DNA of 64,000 nt. Origin: an uncultured Spirochaetaceae bacterium. Its GTDB lineage: Bacteria; Spirochaetota; Spirochaetia; SZUA-6; DRHE01. Under the pieces are notes generated by a model. That model made no database searches. It worked only from the letters and a program-made list of their open reading frames with translations, and was not told where the DNA came from. Positions 45,767 through 54,586 of the stretch are shown one piece after another. The stretch lies in the NCBI GenBank assembly GCA_964588525.1, contig CAZPQC010000001.1, positions 25,238 to 89,237 of the forward strand, in the 5' to 3' direction. Made by a program: the position numbers and the translations under genes. Position 1 is the first letter of the stretch, and each line of letters opens with the position of its first letter.

Positions 45767-46986
45767 GCGCTCTTCACCTTTCCCTGCGACGCCTTTCCTG
45801 TTACGAACGACCGCAGCCGCCCGATACCCTCCTCGATCCCCTCCAGATCGATCCCGGAGTAGGACAGCCGGATGTAGCGCTCCCGCTCCCCGGGAAGGGC
45901 GCTGCCGAAATGCAGGCGGGTGCAGAAGGAAACCCCCGTAGCATCCAGAACTCCCTTGCGGAACGATTCGTAGTCTTCCAAACCCGTCCGCTTCATCACC
46001 TCAGTGACATTGGGAAACAGGTAGAAGGTTGCATTCGGTCGCGAACAGTGCAGGCCCGGAATAGCGCTCAGCAGCTCGTGGCAGCGGTCGCGACGCTGCT
46101 TCAGGGTGCGGATGACGGCCTTGGCCCCGTCCTGAGGACCGGTCAGGGCTTCCAGCCCGGCGTACTGAACGAAGTGGTTGGAACAGGACTCGTCGTTTAC
46201 GCTCAGCTTGGCGATCCCGTCGATCAGCTCCCGCGGCCCGGCTGCCGCACCCAGGCGCCATCCGGTCATGGCGTATTTCTTGGAAAAAGTATAAAGGATC
46301 AGGCAGCGCTCTTCCATCCCCGGAAACGAGACCAGGGAGCTGGACTGCCCTTCGTAGCGGATGTCGAAATAGGCCTCGTCACAGAGGACCAGCAGATCAT
46401 GGCGGAGCACCAACTCGCTCAAAGCGGCAAGGCCCCGCTCGTCCTCCTCCGCACCTGTCGGATTCTGCAGGTTGTTGAACACCAGGAGGCGGGTGGCCGG
46501 GGTGATGCGCCTCTCCAAATCGTCCAAGTCGAGATGGAAGCCATCGGATCCTTCGCGGTACGGATAGAGTACGGGCTTTCCGCCGTGGAAGGTCACGATC
46601 GACTCGTAGATCGGATACCCGGGGGTGGGAATCAGCACCTCATCCCCCGGATTCATCAGGGCGAGAAAGAACTTCTGAATCACCGGTTTGCCCCCCGGCT
46701 GGACAGCCACGTTGGCTCCGCTGTAGGAAATTCTATGGGAGCGGTTGATATCCTCGGCCAGGGCGTCCCGAAGCTCCGCGATGCCGTAGTTGGAACAGTA
46801 GCCGGTCTTGCCCTCTCTCATTGCCCTGTTCGCCGCCTCGATGATGTTCTCCGGGGTCTTGAGATCGATGTCCCCCAGGTGGAAGGGAAAGACCCGGGCA
46901 CCGTCATCGATATAGCGGCGGGCTTCCGCAGCCACGGCAAAGGCAGTTTCGGTTCCGAGTTTGGAAAAACGTAAGGCCAGATCCAT
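45763..46986 (-). CDS. Class I/II pyridoxal-phosphate-dependent aminotransferase
   Basis: Start set at MDLALRFSKLG..., after GGAGGAAAACC. NNLQNPTG and FSKKYAMTGWRLG (PLP-lysine) motifs. Confidence 0.85.
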   Translation of the reverse strand: MDLALRFSKLGTETAFAVAAEARRYIDDGARVFPFHLGDIDLKTPENIIEAANRAMREGKTGYCSNYGIAELRDALAEDINRSHRISYSGANVAVQPGGKPVIQKFFLALMNPGDEVLIPTPGYPIYESIVTFHGGKPVLYPYREGSDGFHLDLDDLERRITPATRLLVFNNLQNPTGAEEDERGLAALSELVLRHDLLVLCDEAYFDIRYEGQSSSLVSFPGMEERCLILYTFSKKYAMTGWRLGAAAGPRELIDGIAKLSVNDESCSNHFVQYAGLEALTGPQDGAKAVIRTLKQRRDRCHELLSAIPGLHCSRPNATFYLFPNVTEVMKRTGLEDYESFRKGVLDATGVSFCTRLHFGSALPGERERYIRLSYSGIDLEGIEEGIGRLRSFVTGKASQGKVKSA

Positions 46987-47049
46987 GGTTTTCCTCCGTG
47001 TACCGTCGATTTCAGTTGCCTGCAATCTTACCGTTTATTATCTACACTA

Positions 47050-47078
47050 AGCATAAATTAGTGGAATATTATTGTCAA
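47050..47078 (-). promoter_or_regulatory. Candidate sigma70 promoter TTGACA-N17-TATGCT for the aminotransferase/transketolase-like operon
   Basis: Perfect -35 (47078-47073), 17-nt spacer, -10 TATGCT (47055-47050). An ATTATCTAC motif lies just downstream at 47037-47045. Confidence 0.45.
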
Positions 47079-47208
47079 TAACGAAAATTATTATCTATAT
47101 TCTACGATATTTATAATATACTAGATTATGCTATAATGGAACGATCGCTGTTCCGTTGCCGAGGATTTCGTGATCCTTCACGATCACTCGAGGAGAGGAT
47201 GCAAGTCA

Positions 47209-47649
47209 ATGAGTGTGCAAATCGACGAGCTCGACTGGAAAATCATCAGGATTCTTGAGAAAAACGGCCGTGCCCAGAACAAGGAGATAGCCGAACAGGT
47301 CGGGGTTTCCGAAGGCACGGTGCGCAACCGCATCAAGAAGCTCACCGATCATGAGTTCCTGCGGATCCGCGGTCTGACCAACCCGAACGAGCGCACCGAC
47401 GAGGCCCTGGTCTACATGGGGATCAAGATCGCGGTCAATCGGGACAGCATCAAGATTTCCGAGGCGGTCTCCAAGCTCAACTGTGTCAAATCCGTAGCTG
47501 TGGTGACCGGCCGCTACGATCTGCTCGTCGAGGTCTATGTGGAGCCGTACAACATCATCAAGTTCTTGAGCACGGAGCTGGCCAAGATCGATTCCATCGT
47601 CTCGGTGGAGAGCTTCATCGTTCTGCACTGCGTGAATAAATTCGTCTGA
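47209..47649 (+). CDS. Lrp/AsnC-family transcriptional regulator
   Basis: MSVQIDELDWKIIRILEKNGRAQNKEIAEQVGVSEGTVRNRIKKL is the HTH_AsnC pattern, followed by a RAM-like C-terminal domain. Divergent from the aminotransferase operon. Confidence 0.88.
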   Translation: MSVQIDELDWKIIRILEKNGRAQNKEIAEQVGVSEGTVRNRIKKLTDHEFLRIRGLTNPNERTDEALVYMGIKIAVNRDSIKISEAVSKLNCVKSVAVVTGRYDLLVEVYVEPYNIIKFLSTELAKIDSIVSVESFIVLHCVNKFV

Positions 47650-47679
47650 AAGGAGTGCCGCAGCGGGCATCACAAAAAT

Positions 47680-47708
47680 TTGCAATACCACAGGTCGACC
47701 TCTATACT
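47680..47708 (+). promoter_or_regulatory. Candidate sigma70 promoter TTGCAA-N17-TATACT upstream of the thioesterase gene
   Basis: Read directly; 17-nt spacing; about 42 nt upstream of ATG 47750. Confidence 0.4.
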
Positions 47709-47749
47709 GATTGGCAGGATCGCGCCGGTAAAAGGCACGGAGGAACGCA

Positions 47750-48256
47750 ATGAAGCAAAAGGTTATTGCCAAACAACCGAACTCCAAGATGTGCTACGTC
47801 TGTGGGCTGAAAAATCCGAAGGGTTTGCAGGCATCCTTCTACGAGCTGGAGAACGGAGAGGTGGTAGGACAGTTCTGCCCCGGAGAGGACTATCAGGGGT
47901 ATCCGGACCGGCTGCACGGATGCATCGCCGCCGGTCTGCTGGACGAGGCGATCGGCCGGGCCATCCGGACACACTACAGCGAGGAAGCCATGGGGCAGAC
48001 CGTCGAGCTTCACCTGCGCTATCGAGCGCCGGTCCCCCTCAACCAACCGCTGCGAATCGTGGCCAGAGTGACCCGGGACATCCGGCGGATCTTCGAGGGA
48101 ACCGCCGAGCTTAAACTGCCGGACGGTACCGTGGCCGTGGAGGCCTCGGGCAAGTACTTCAGCCTGATCGGCGACACGCTGCACAAGGAAGAACTGGAAG
48201 CCCAGGAGTGGCGGGTCTATCCCGCCGAGGACGATCCGCAGGAGCTGGAGATCTAG
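47750..48256 (+). CDS. PaaI-family hotdog-fold thioesterase
   Basis: CYVCGLKNPKGL ... HGCIAAGLLDEAIG pattern; 168 aa; GGAGGA RBS. Confidence 0.7.
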   Translation: MKQKVIAKQPNSKMCYVCGLKNPKGLQASFYELENGEVVGQFCPGEDYQGYPDRLHGCIAAGLLDEAIGRAIRTHYSEEAMGQTVELHLRYRAPVPLNQPLRIVARVTRDIRRIFEGTAELKLPDGTVAVEASGKYFSLIGDTLHKEELEAQEWRVYPAEDDPQELEI

Positions 48257-48343
48257 GCTCTGAGCCGAAACGCCGCGGGATTTCCTTTCTTTCCGCCTCG
48301 GACTATACTCGGGTATTCCCGCATCCGCTGGAGGAGCGCAACG

Positions 48344-49810
48344 GTGAACGATCCAATTCGACCGCAGATCCAACTGCTCGATAAAGGAACTGTCGAAGAG
48401 GTGCTCGAAGAGGCCAAGAGGGTTCTCTCCGCTCTAGGCTTCTACCTGGAAAACCGGGAGGCCCTGGAAATCCTGCGGGAGGCGGGCGCAAGCCTGGACG
48501 AAGCCGGCGGCCGGGTTTTTCTACCCCCGGAGATGGTGGATGTTGCCGTGGCCGCAGCCCCCTCGACGATTCGGCTCTACGACTCGGCGGGAGATCCGGC
48601 GGTGGAATTGGGAGGCGAGAACGTCTGCTTCGATCCCGGATCCGCAGCCCTGAATATCCTGGACCCCGTTACCGGTGAAATCCGTCCGGCCCGCACTCCG
48701 GACTTCGTAGCCTTCAGCAAGGTCGTGGAGCAGTTGGAGCATATCAAAGCGCAGAGCACGGCTGTGATCTGCAGCGACGTTCCCCAGGGAATGGCCGACC
48801 GCTACCGGCTGTACCTGGCGCTGCTGTACTGCAGCAAGCCCGTGATCACCGGCACCTTCACAAAGCAGTCCTTCCCCATCATGAAAGAGATGCTGGCGGC
48901 CGTCCGGGGCGGCGCCGAAGCGTTGCGGCAAAAACCCCTGGCCGTCTTCGACGCCTGCCCCTCCCCTCCGCTCAAGTGGAGCGACCTGACCTGCCAGAGC
49001 CTGATCGACGCGGCCCGCTCCGGCATTCCCTCGGAGCTCGTCTCCATGCCCCTGACGGGCGCAAACGCGCCGATCACCCTGCTGGGTGCGATTGTGCAGC
49101 ATACCGCAGAGACCCTGGCGGGGGTGGTGATCAGCCAATGCGTTCGCAGCGGCGCCCCGGTGATCTGGGGCGGCTCGCCCTCGGCATTCGACATGCGCCG
49201 GGGCACCACGCCCATGGGCTCGATCGACACCATGATGATCGATCTGGGCTGCGCCGAAGTTGGCAAGCATCTGGGCCTTCCCACCCACGCCTACTTGGGC
49301 ATGAGCGACGCCAAACTCCTGGACGCCCAGAGCGGGCTGGAATCGGGGATGGGCACCCTGCTGGCCGGGATCAAGGGAATCAACATGATCTCCGGTGCGG
49401 GCATGCTGAACTTCGAATCCACCCAGAGCGTTCAAAAGCTGGTCATCGACAATGAGATCTGCGGAATGACTTACCGGTTTCTGGAGGGTGTCGCCCGTAG
49501 GGACAGACCGATTGCATTCGACCTGCTCGAGACCCTGATATCGGAGGGGCAGCTGCTCGATTCCGAACATACCCTGAAATGGTTCAAGGGCGAGCACTAC
49601 CTCCCCTCCGCTGTCATCGATCGTTCGAACGTGGAGGATTGGCTGACAGACGGGAAGAAGAGCATCGGTGATCGAGCCGCACAGCGGGCGAATGCCTTGA
49701 TCGCGAGCTACCCGGGCAGTCCCTTGGAGCCGGATGTTCAAAAAGAACTGACCCGGATCATCAACCGGGATACGGAAGATGGATTTTTCCCTGCTGACAC
49801 TGTACAATAA
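48344..49810 (+). CDS. MttB-superfamily methyltransferase without pyrrolysine (quaternary-amine:corrinoid methyltransferase-like)
   Basis: 488 aa uninterrupted (no in-frame TAG). TIM-barrel MttB-like blocks (ALEILREAG, PPLKWSDL, MPLTGANAPITLLGA, FDMRRGT, GMSDAK, QSG-ESG). GTG start 8 nt after GGAGGAG. Confidence 0.75.
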   Translation: MNDPIRPQIQLLDKGTVEEVLEEAKRVLSALGFYLENREALEILREAGASLDEAGGRVFLPPEMVDVAVAAAPSTIRLYDSAGDPAVELGGENVCFDPGSAALNILDPVTGEIRPARTPDFVAFSKVVEQLEHIKAQSTAVICSDVPQGMADRYRLYLALLYCSKPVITGTFTKQSFPIMKEMLAAVRGGAEALRQKPLAVFDACPSPPLKWSDLTCQSLIDAARSGIPSELVSMPLTGANAPITLLGAIVQHTAETLAGVVISQCVRSGAPVIWGGSPSAFDMRRGTTPMGSIDTMMIDLGCAEVGKHLGLPTHAYLGMSDAKLLDAQSGLESGMGTLLAGIKGINMISGAGMLNFESTQSVQKLVIDNEICGMTYRFLEGVARRDRPIAFDLLETLISEGQLLDSEHTLKWFKGEHYLPSAVIDRSNVEDWLTDGKKSIGDRAAQRANALIASYPGSPLEPDVQKELTRIINRDTEDGFFPADTVQ

Positions 49811-49824
49811 AGGGTAGGAGAAAA

Positions 49825-50490
49825 TTGAGTCTTATGGACAAGAAGTATTACGCCCACTTGAAAGCCTACGTCCTCTCCCATCAAATCGGGGAGGACCCCT
49901 ACAAGACCCTGGCCAAGATCAAGGGCATCGCCAACACCAACCCAAACCGCTGGGACGGAAAGCTGCCGACCAAGGGTTTTCGCCCGGACACGGAGTTTTG
50001 CCATGTGGCCGAGGCCGGTAAAGAGAGGCCGGTCGTGCCCTGGTGGTGGTATGCGAAAGAGAAGGAACCGGTTCCCCCGGTAGTCAAGGATATCTACAAG
50101 GGAGTGGCCTTTGACTTCGCCGTGATGTATCCCCAGAAAAATGCCTGGATCTACATCTTGGCCGAACCGAGCCCCGAAGAGATCAAGCTGCTCAGCCGGC
50201 AGGACCACTTGAAGGCCTTCATCCTTATTTCGCTGATCAACAAGAAGTTCCCCAAAGCCCAGAGGGAGCACAAGCGCCTGCATCTCGGGACGGTGATGGG
50301 CTCCAAGGACCTGAATCGGATCTTCCCCTTTGCCGCCTTCCAGGAAGAGGACAAGCGCTACCGATCGGTTCCCCGAAACATCCCCACCCTGAGCCGCGTG
50401 GTGCACCCCGCTTCCAATACGGCCAACTGGAATATCCGTCTGCCCAAGGACGGGCACGTGTACGGCTCTTTCCAGGAGATTGTGGGATAG
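49825..50490 (+). CDS. Hypothetical protein, 221 aa, no recognised family
   Basis: TTG start 5 nt after AGGAG, 14 nt after the mttB-like stop. K-rich and visibly more A/T-rich than its neighbours (by eye). No DxHxxG corrinoid motif. Confidence 0.55.
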   Translation: MSLMDKKYYAHLKAYVLSHQIGEDPYKTLAKIKGIANTNPNRWDGKLPTKGFRPDTEFCHVAEAGKERPVVPWWWYAKEKEPVPPVVKDIYKGVAFDFAVMYPQKNAWIYILAEPSPEEIKLLSRQDHLKAFILISLINKKFPKAQREHKRLHLGTVMGSKDLNRIFPFAAFQEEDKRYRSVPRNIPTLSRVVHPASNTANWNIRLPKDGHVYGSFQEIVG

Positions 50491-50527
50491 TCGAAACTCC
50501 CGCAGCCCCTCCGCCCACCGCGAAGCT

Positions 50528-51718
50528 TCAAGGGATCAGTCCGTACAGCAAACCGGCCAACGTAGACAACGCCACAACCAGGATCACGTAGGTAATTGTC
50601 TTCTTCCAGCCCAACTCCCCGCCGATCACCAGGATCGAGGGCAGGGAGAGAGACGGCCCGGCCAAGAGCAGGGCGAGAGACGGTCCCTGGCCCATGCCCG
50701 CGCCGAGCAGCCCCTGCATGATCGGCACTTCGGTGAGGGTGGCGAAGTACATCAGAGCTCCGGCAAAGGCGGCAACCAGGTTGGCCCTCAGGCTGTTGCC
50801 CCCGACCAGAGCGGCGATCCACGCTTCCGGTATCAGGGCGCGATGCCCGGGGCGGCCCAGGAGAAAGCCGGCCACCAGCACGCCGGCGAAGAGGAGCGGC
50901 AGGATCTGGAGGGCAAAATCCCGGGTGGCCGTCAGCCACTGCCCGATCTCCTGCCGCCGGAACCAGCGCAGGAGGCTGACCAGCAGCAGCACGGCAAAGC
51001 CGCCGACTATGACATACCTGAAGCGGTAGATCCCGTCCCAGAGCGGCATCGTCCCGACGGAGGGCGCCCAGTTCAAGAACACGAGAATCCCGATCATGGA
51101 AAGCAGAAACAGTCCTTCCTGCCAGAGCGCTCTTCCGGAGTGCGGCTCCGCCGAGGCAAACAGCCTCTCATCCGTGATCCGGGCGGCATCCTCCTTTCGG
51201 TAGATCAGGTGCATGAGAAGCCCGATGACAAAGGCGAACAGAACCGCTCCGAGTGCACGGGCTACTCCCAGGCGCAGTCCGAGAACTTTGGCCGTCAGAA
51301 CGATGGCCAGGATATTTATGGCCGGACCCGAATACAGAAAGGACACGGCCGGCCCGATACCGGCGCCTTTTCTGTAGATCCCCTTGAAAATCGGCAGGAC
51401 CGTGCAGGAGCAGACGGCCAGGATCGAACCGGAAACCGAGGCGACCGAGTAGGAAACGAGCTTTTTCGCCGAAGGGCCGAAGTAGCGGATCACGGCCTGC
51501 TGGTTTAGAAAAATCATGATCGCCCCGGCGATGAAGAAGGCCGGAATCAGGCAGAGCAGCACGTGTTGCCGGGCGTACTCCGCCAGCAGGAGAAAAGCCT
51601 CTCTGAGCGCATCGGAGATCAGCGGTGTGGAGAAGGGCGTGTAATAGAGGAACAGAAAAACGCCGGCTAGAACAGCCAGCCGAGCGTTGGCTGAGAGACC
51701 CTTGTCCGTAGTCGTCAT
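50528..51718 (-). CDS. Permease of the COG0701/ArsP-like family
   Basis: Polytopic 396-aa protein with the SILAVCSCTVLP motif characteristic of this family. Confidence 0.75.
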   Translation of the reverse strand: MTTTDKGLSANARLAVLAGVFLFLYYTPFSTPLISDALREAFLLLAEYARQHVLLCLIPAFFIAGAIMIFLNQQAVIRYFGPSAKKLVSYSVASVSGSILAVCSCTVLPIFKGIYRKGAGIGPAVSFLYSGPAINILAIVLTAKVLGLRLGVARALGAVLFAFVIGLLMHLIYRKEDAARITDERLFASAEPHSGRALWQEGLFLLSMIGILVFLNWAPSVGTMPLWDGIYRFRYVIVGGFAVLLLVSLLRWFRRQEIGQWLTATRDFALQILPLLFAGVLVAGFLLGRPGHRALIPEAWIAALVGGNSLRANLVAAFAGALMYFATLTEVPIMQGLLGAGMGQGPSLALLLAGPSLSLPSILVIGGELGWKKTITYVILVVALSTLAGLLYGLIP

Positions 51719-51745
51719 AGATGGGGTTACAGGCGGATAACCAAA

Positions 51746-51979
51746 TCAGGTGCGGATCAGCCGGGCGATCTCGGTCTTGTCCAGGACCTTTCCCGTGCTT
51801 TTCACCTGGCCATCGATCGCCAGGGCGGGGGTGATCATGACCCCCATATCCATGATGCGATCCGAATCGGTGATCTTCTCGATCTCCGCGTCCAGACCGG
51901 TTTCGGTTATCGCCGCCAGAGCGTTTTCCGCCAGCTTCTGGCATTTCGCACAGCCGCCGCCCAGTATCTGAATCTTCAT
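51746..51979 (-). CDS. Small thioredoxin-fold protein (redox-active disulfide protein 2-like)
   Basis: 77 aa, MKIQILGGGCAKCQKL CxxC motif, GGAGG RBS. A typical partner gene of COG0701 permeases. Confidence 0.8.
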   Translation of the reverse strand: MKIQILGGGCAKCQKLAENALAAITETGLDAEIEKITDSDRIMDMGVMITPALAIDGQVKSTGKVLDKTEIARLIRT

Positions 51980-52027
51980 CGCCGCCTCCGTTGTAAAGAC
52001 TTGTTGCAGAGCTATTCTACCAGGATC

Positions 52028-53221
52028 TCAGTTTCTCTTCGAGACCCGGTGGTTTCGGTGCCTGGGTCCCTGTCGACGGCTGTTTCGCTTCCTCGTTCCC
52101 AGATGATCATAATCCGGCTCGCGCCCGATCCAATCGGGGGACAAACCATTGGCGGTAATCAGCCGTTTGACCGGGCCCAGGTCTCTGTGGGTGACCAGGG
52201 TGATCGCCGTTCCCTCCCGGCCCATGCGTCCGGCCCGGCCGGTGCGATGGGTGTAGATGATGGGACTGCGGGGGAAATCGTAGTTGATCACGTGACTCAC
52301 GTGGGTGAAATCCAACCCCCTGCCGGCCAGATCCGTGGCAATCATGAAGCGAACCTGCCGGTTACGCAGGCGCCGGATCACGGAGCTGCGCTTCTGCTGC
52401 TCCATGCCCCCGTGAACCAGATCCACCTTGGGGTTCTTGTCCTTCAGCTTGAGGTACAGCCGCTCCGCGTTCAAGCGGGAGTTGCAGAAGATGATCGCCT
52501 GCCTGATCGAATCCCCGCTCATCATGTTCTGCAGGTTCGACAGGCGGGCATCCTGGGCCACGAACTGAAACTGATGGATCAGCGACTGAGGAGCTATCTG
52601 CTGCTCGTTCAGCCGGACCCGGATAGGGTTTTTCAGGTATTTATCCGCCAGCCTGCCGATATCCGCCGGCATGGTGGCTGAAAACAGGAGGGTCTGGTGC
52701 TGGTGGATCAGACAGGAGAAGATGAACTCGATGTCCTCCAGGAATCCCTCCTTGAGCATCTCGTCCGCCTCGTCGAGCACAAAGGTCTGCACGTCGGACA
52801 GTGAGATCTTGCCGCTGTAGAGGAAGTCGATCAGGCGTCCCGGCGTTGCCACCAGGATATGCACCACGTCCTGGAGCTTGGCCTTCTGCACGCCCATATC
52901 AAAACCGCCGTACACGGCGAATGGCACCACCTTCAGATACTGAGCGATGCGGCCGATCTCCTCGGTGTATTGAAGGGCCAGCTCCCGGGTCGGCACCACG
53001 ATCAGAGCTTGAATAGCCTTGAGATTCGGGTCGACCCGCTGAACCAGGGGGATCCCGCAGGCGCTGGTTTTGCCGGAGCCCGTTTCCGCCGTGGCCAGCA
53101 GGTCCTTGCCGGCGAGAATATGGGGAAAGGTCAATTCCTGGATGGGCGTGAGCTCCCGGTAACCCATCGACGTGAGACCCCTCAAAATCTGGGGATGGAT
53201 GTCCAATTCCGAAAATTTCAT
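52028..53221 (-). CDS. DEAD-box ATP-dependent RNA helicase
   Basis: Q-motif region (FSELDIHPQILRGL...PIQE), AETGSGKT, VLDEADEML, SAT, HRTGRAGR. Start set at MKFSELDIH. Confidence 0.9.
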   Translation of the reverse strand: MKFSELDIHPQILRGLTSMGYRELTPIQELTFPHILAGKDLLATAETGSGKTSACGIPLVQRVDPNLKAIQALIVVPTRELALQYTEEIGRIAQYLKVVPFAVYGGFDMGVQKAKLQDVVHILVATPGRLIDFLYSGKISLSDVQTFVLDEADEMLKEGFLEDIEFIFSCLIHQHQTLLFSATMPADIGRLADKYLKNPIRVRLNEQQIAPQSLIHQFQFVAQDARLSNLQNMMSGDSIRQAIIFCNSRLNAERLYLKLKDKNPKVDLVHGGMEQQKRSSVIRRLRNRQVRFMIATDLAGRGLDFTHVSHVINYDFPRSPIIYTHRTGRAGRMGREGTAITLVTHRDLGPVKRLITANGLSPDWIGREPDYDHLGTRKRNSRRQGPRHRNHRVSKRN

Positions 53222-53313
53222 TGTCGCTTCCGCGGATCGGGTTGTCGGGTCACTACTGATGAACGTGCCGTCGATTTCCACGACCTTGTTTTTTTCTACC
53301 TGCATGTCATTTC

Positions 53314-54303
53314 CTACCCCTCGGGAAGGGTGTATTCTTGGATTTCCGCCTGGCTGCGCAACTGTGCGGCCAGCTCCTCTATGGCGACCATTACCTTCTC
53401 CCGTTGCAGATACTCAAAGATCTTCAGCTGAACCTGCTCGAAGGGAACCACCGATTCCGCTTTCCTGTCCGTAACCCGGATGAGATGAAAGCCGTACTGA
53501 GTGGTGACGACTTCGCTGAGCTCCCCGATCTGCAGAGAAAAGGCGGCATCGGCGAAGGGCTTGACCATCTGCTCTCTCTGGAAAAACCCCAGATCTCCCC
53601 CGTTCATACTGCTGTTGTCCTCCGAAAACTGGCCGGCCAGCTCCGCAAAATCCTCTCCCGCTACGATCCTCTTCCTGATCTCGGTGATGCGGGACCTTGC
53701 CTCCGATTTTTCCTCCTCCCCGGCGTCCGGGCTCACCAGGATGAGAATATGAGAGGCCCGCACCTGCTCGGGGCTGAAGAAAAAGGCGGGATTGTTCTCG
53801 TAGAAATCCGTCGATTCCTGCTCCGAAACCGTTGTGGCCGGGGTGATATCCTTATCGATCATTTCCTGTATGGCAAGCTGCCTGCCCAACTCCGTCCGCA
53901 ACTCACCATCGCTGATCCCAATCTGCTCCAGGGCCGCGGCGTATCCCTCCTCATCACCAAACTGGGTCCGCAGACTGTTCAACTGCTCCTCGATGCGCTC
54001 CTCGCTGATTTCGAAACCGCGGCGCTGGCTCTCCTGGTAGAGCAGCTCGATATCGATGAGCGTATCCAGGGCCTGCCGGTTCAGCTGGTCACTTTGACTC
54101 TCATCCACGAGCTGCCCCTGGCTGAGCGCCTGCTCCTCGAAGCGTCTGACCTCCCGTTCCAGGTACGCTTTGGGGATCAGCACCCCATTTACCGATGCTA
54201 CCGCAGATTTCTGCTTCGCCCCTGAGGAGTACAGGAAGGCCGCGGAAGCCAGCAGCAGCACGAATATAAACAACATGACCCTTGCAGGTGCTCTATGTAC
54301 CAT
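53314..54303 (-). CDS. Parvulin-type peptidyl-prolyl cis-trans isomerase (SurA/PrsA-like) with an N-terminal anchor or signal
   Basis: PPIC domain (RASHILI ... GGDLGFF ... YGFHLIRV) after a SurA-N-like helical region. GGAGG RBS. Confidence 0.85.
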   Translation of the reverse strand: MVHRAPARVMLFIFVLLLASAAFLYSSGAKQKSAVASVNGVLIPKAYLEREVRRFEEQALSQGQLVDESQSDQLNRQALDTLIDIELLYQESQRRGFEISEERIEEQLNSLRTQFGDEEGYAAALEQIGISDGELRTELGRQLAIQEMIDKDITPATTVSEQESTDFYENNPAFFFSPEQVRASHILILVSPDAGEEEKSEARSRITEIRKRIVAGEDFAELAGQFSEDNSSMNGGDLGFFQREQMVKPFADAAFSLQIGELSEVVTTQYGFHLIRVTDRKAESVVPFEQVQLKIFEYLQREKVMVAIEELAAQLRSQAEIQEYTLPEG

Positions 54304-54401
54304 CTAGATCCTCCATTGATATCGCTTCGAACTTTATACAGCCTTGGCCGCCTTCACCTCCGTGGTGAAGGGGAACGAAGGAAGGGTGAACTCTCCTACA
54401 C

Positions 54402-54430
54402 AAAGTACTGAACCTGAAGGGGAAAATCAA
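54402..54430 (-). promoter_or_regulatory. Candidate sigma70 promoter TTGATT-N17-TACTTT for the PPIase gene
   Basis: Read directly on the minus strand, about 100 nt upstream of ATG 54303. The leader contains the CCTTCACC-N5-GGTGAAGG hairpin. Confidence 0.35.
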
Positions 54431-54497
54431 GAAAACGGCACTTTGATCTGTACAGGCGGCCGATTTCTGGTTACTATATAGTCAGAAGGTTAGGAAG

Positions 54498-54521
54498 CAG
54501 GAAGGTCGTCCTCCTGTTTTT
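54498..54521 (+). terminator. Intrinsic-terminator-like hairpin plus T5 in the rpsU upstream region
   Basis: CAGGA(A)GG-TCGT-CCTCCTG followed by TTTTT. No upstream plus-strand CDS for it to terminate. Confidence 0.35.
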
Positions 54522-54559
54522 CGAAACCACGGCACCTGCCTACGTATTCTGGCTTCGCT

Positions 54560-54586
54560 AAGGGGACTTGTTACCCCTTTGGTTTT
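54560..54586 (+). terminator. Second terminator-like hairpin (AAGGGG-N8-CCCCTT, then TGGTTTT)
   Basis: Read directly, about 105 nt upstream of the rpsU start. Confidence 0.35.

Noticed and set aside
48344-49810. Checked the MttB-family gene for an in-frame amber (pyrrolysine) codon.
   Set aside because: The 488-codon frame is uninterrupted, so this is a non-Pyl member. No pyl genes are seen in the window.
54485-54510. AGGAAGCAG stretch reminiscent of the SRP (4.5S) RNA domain IV.
   Set aside because: The flanking sequence cannot form the conserved GGAA-tetraloop helix 8 or the long closing stem of SRP RNA.
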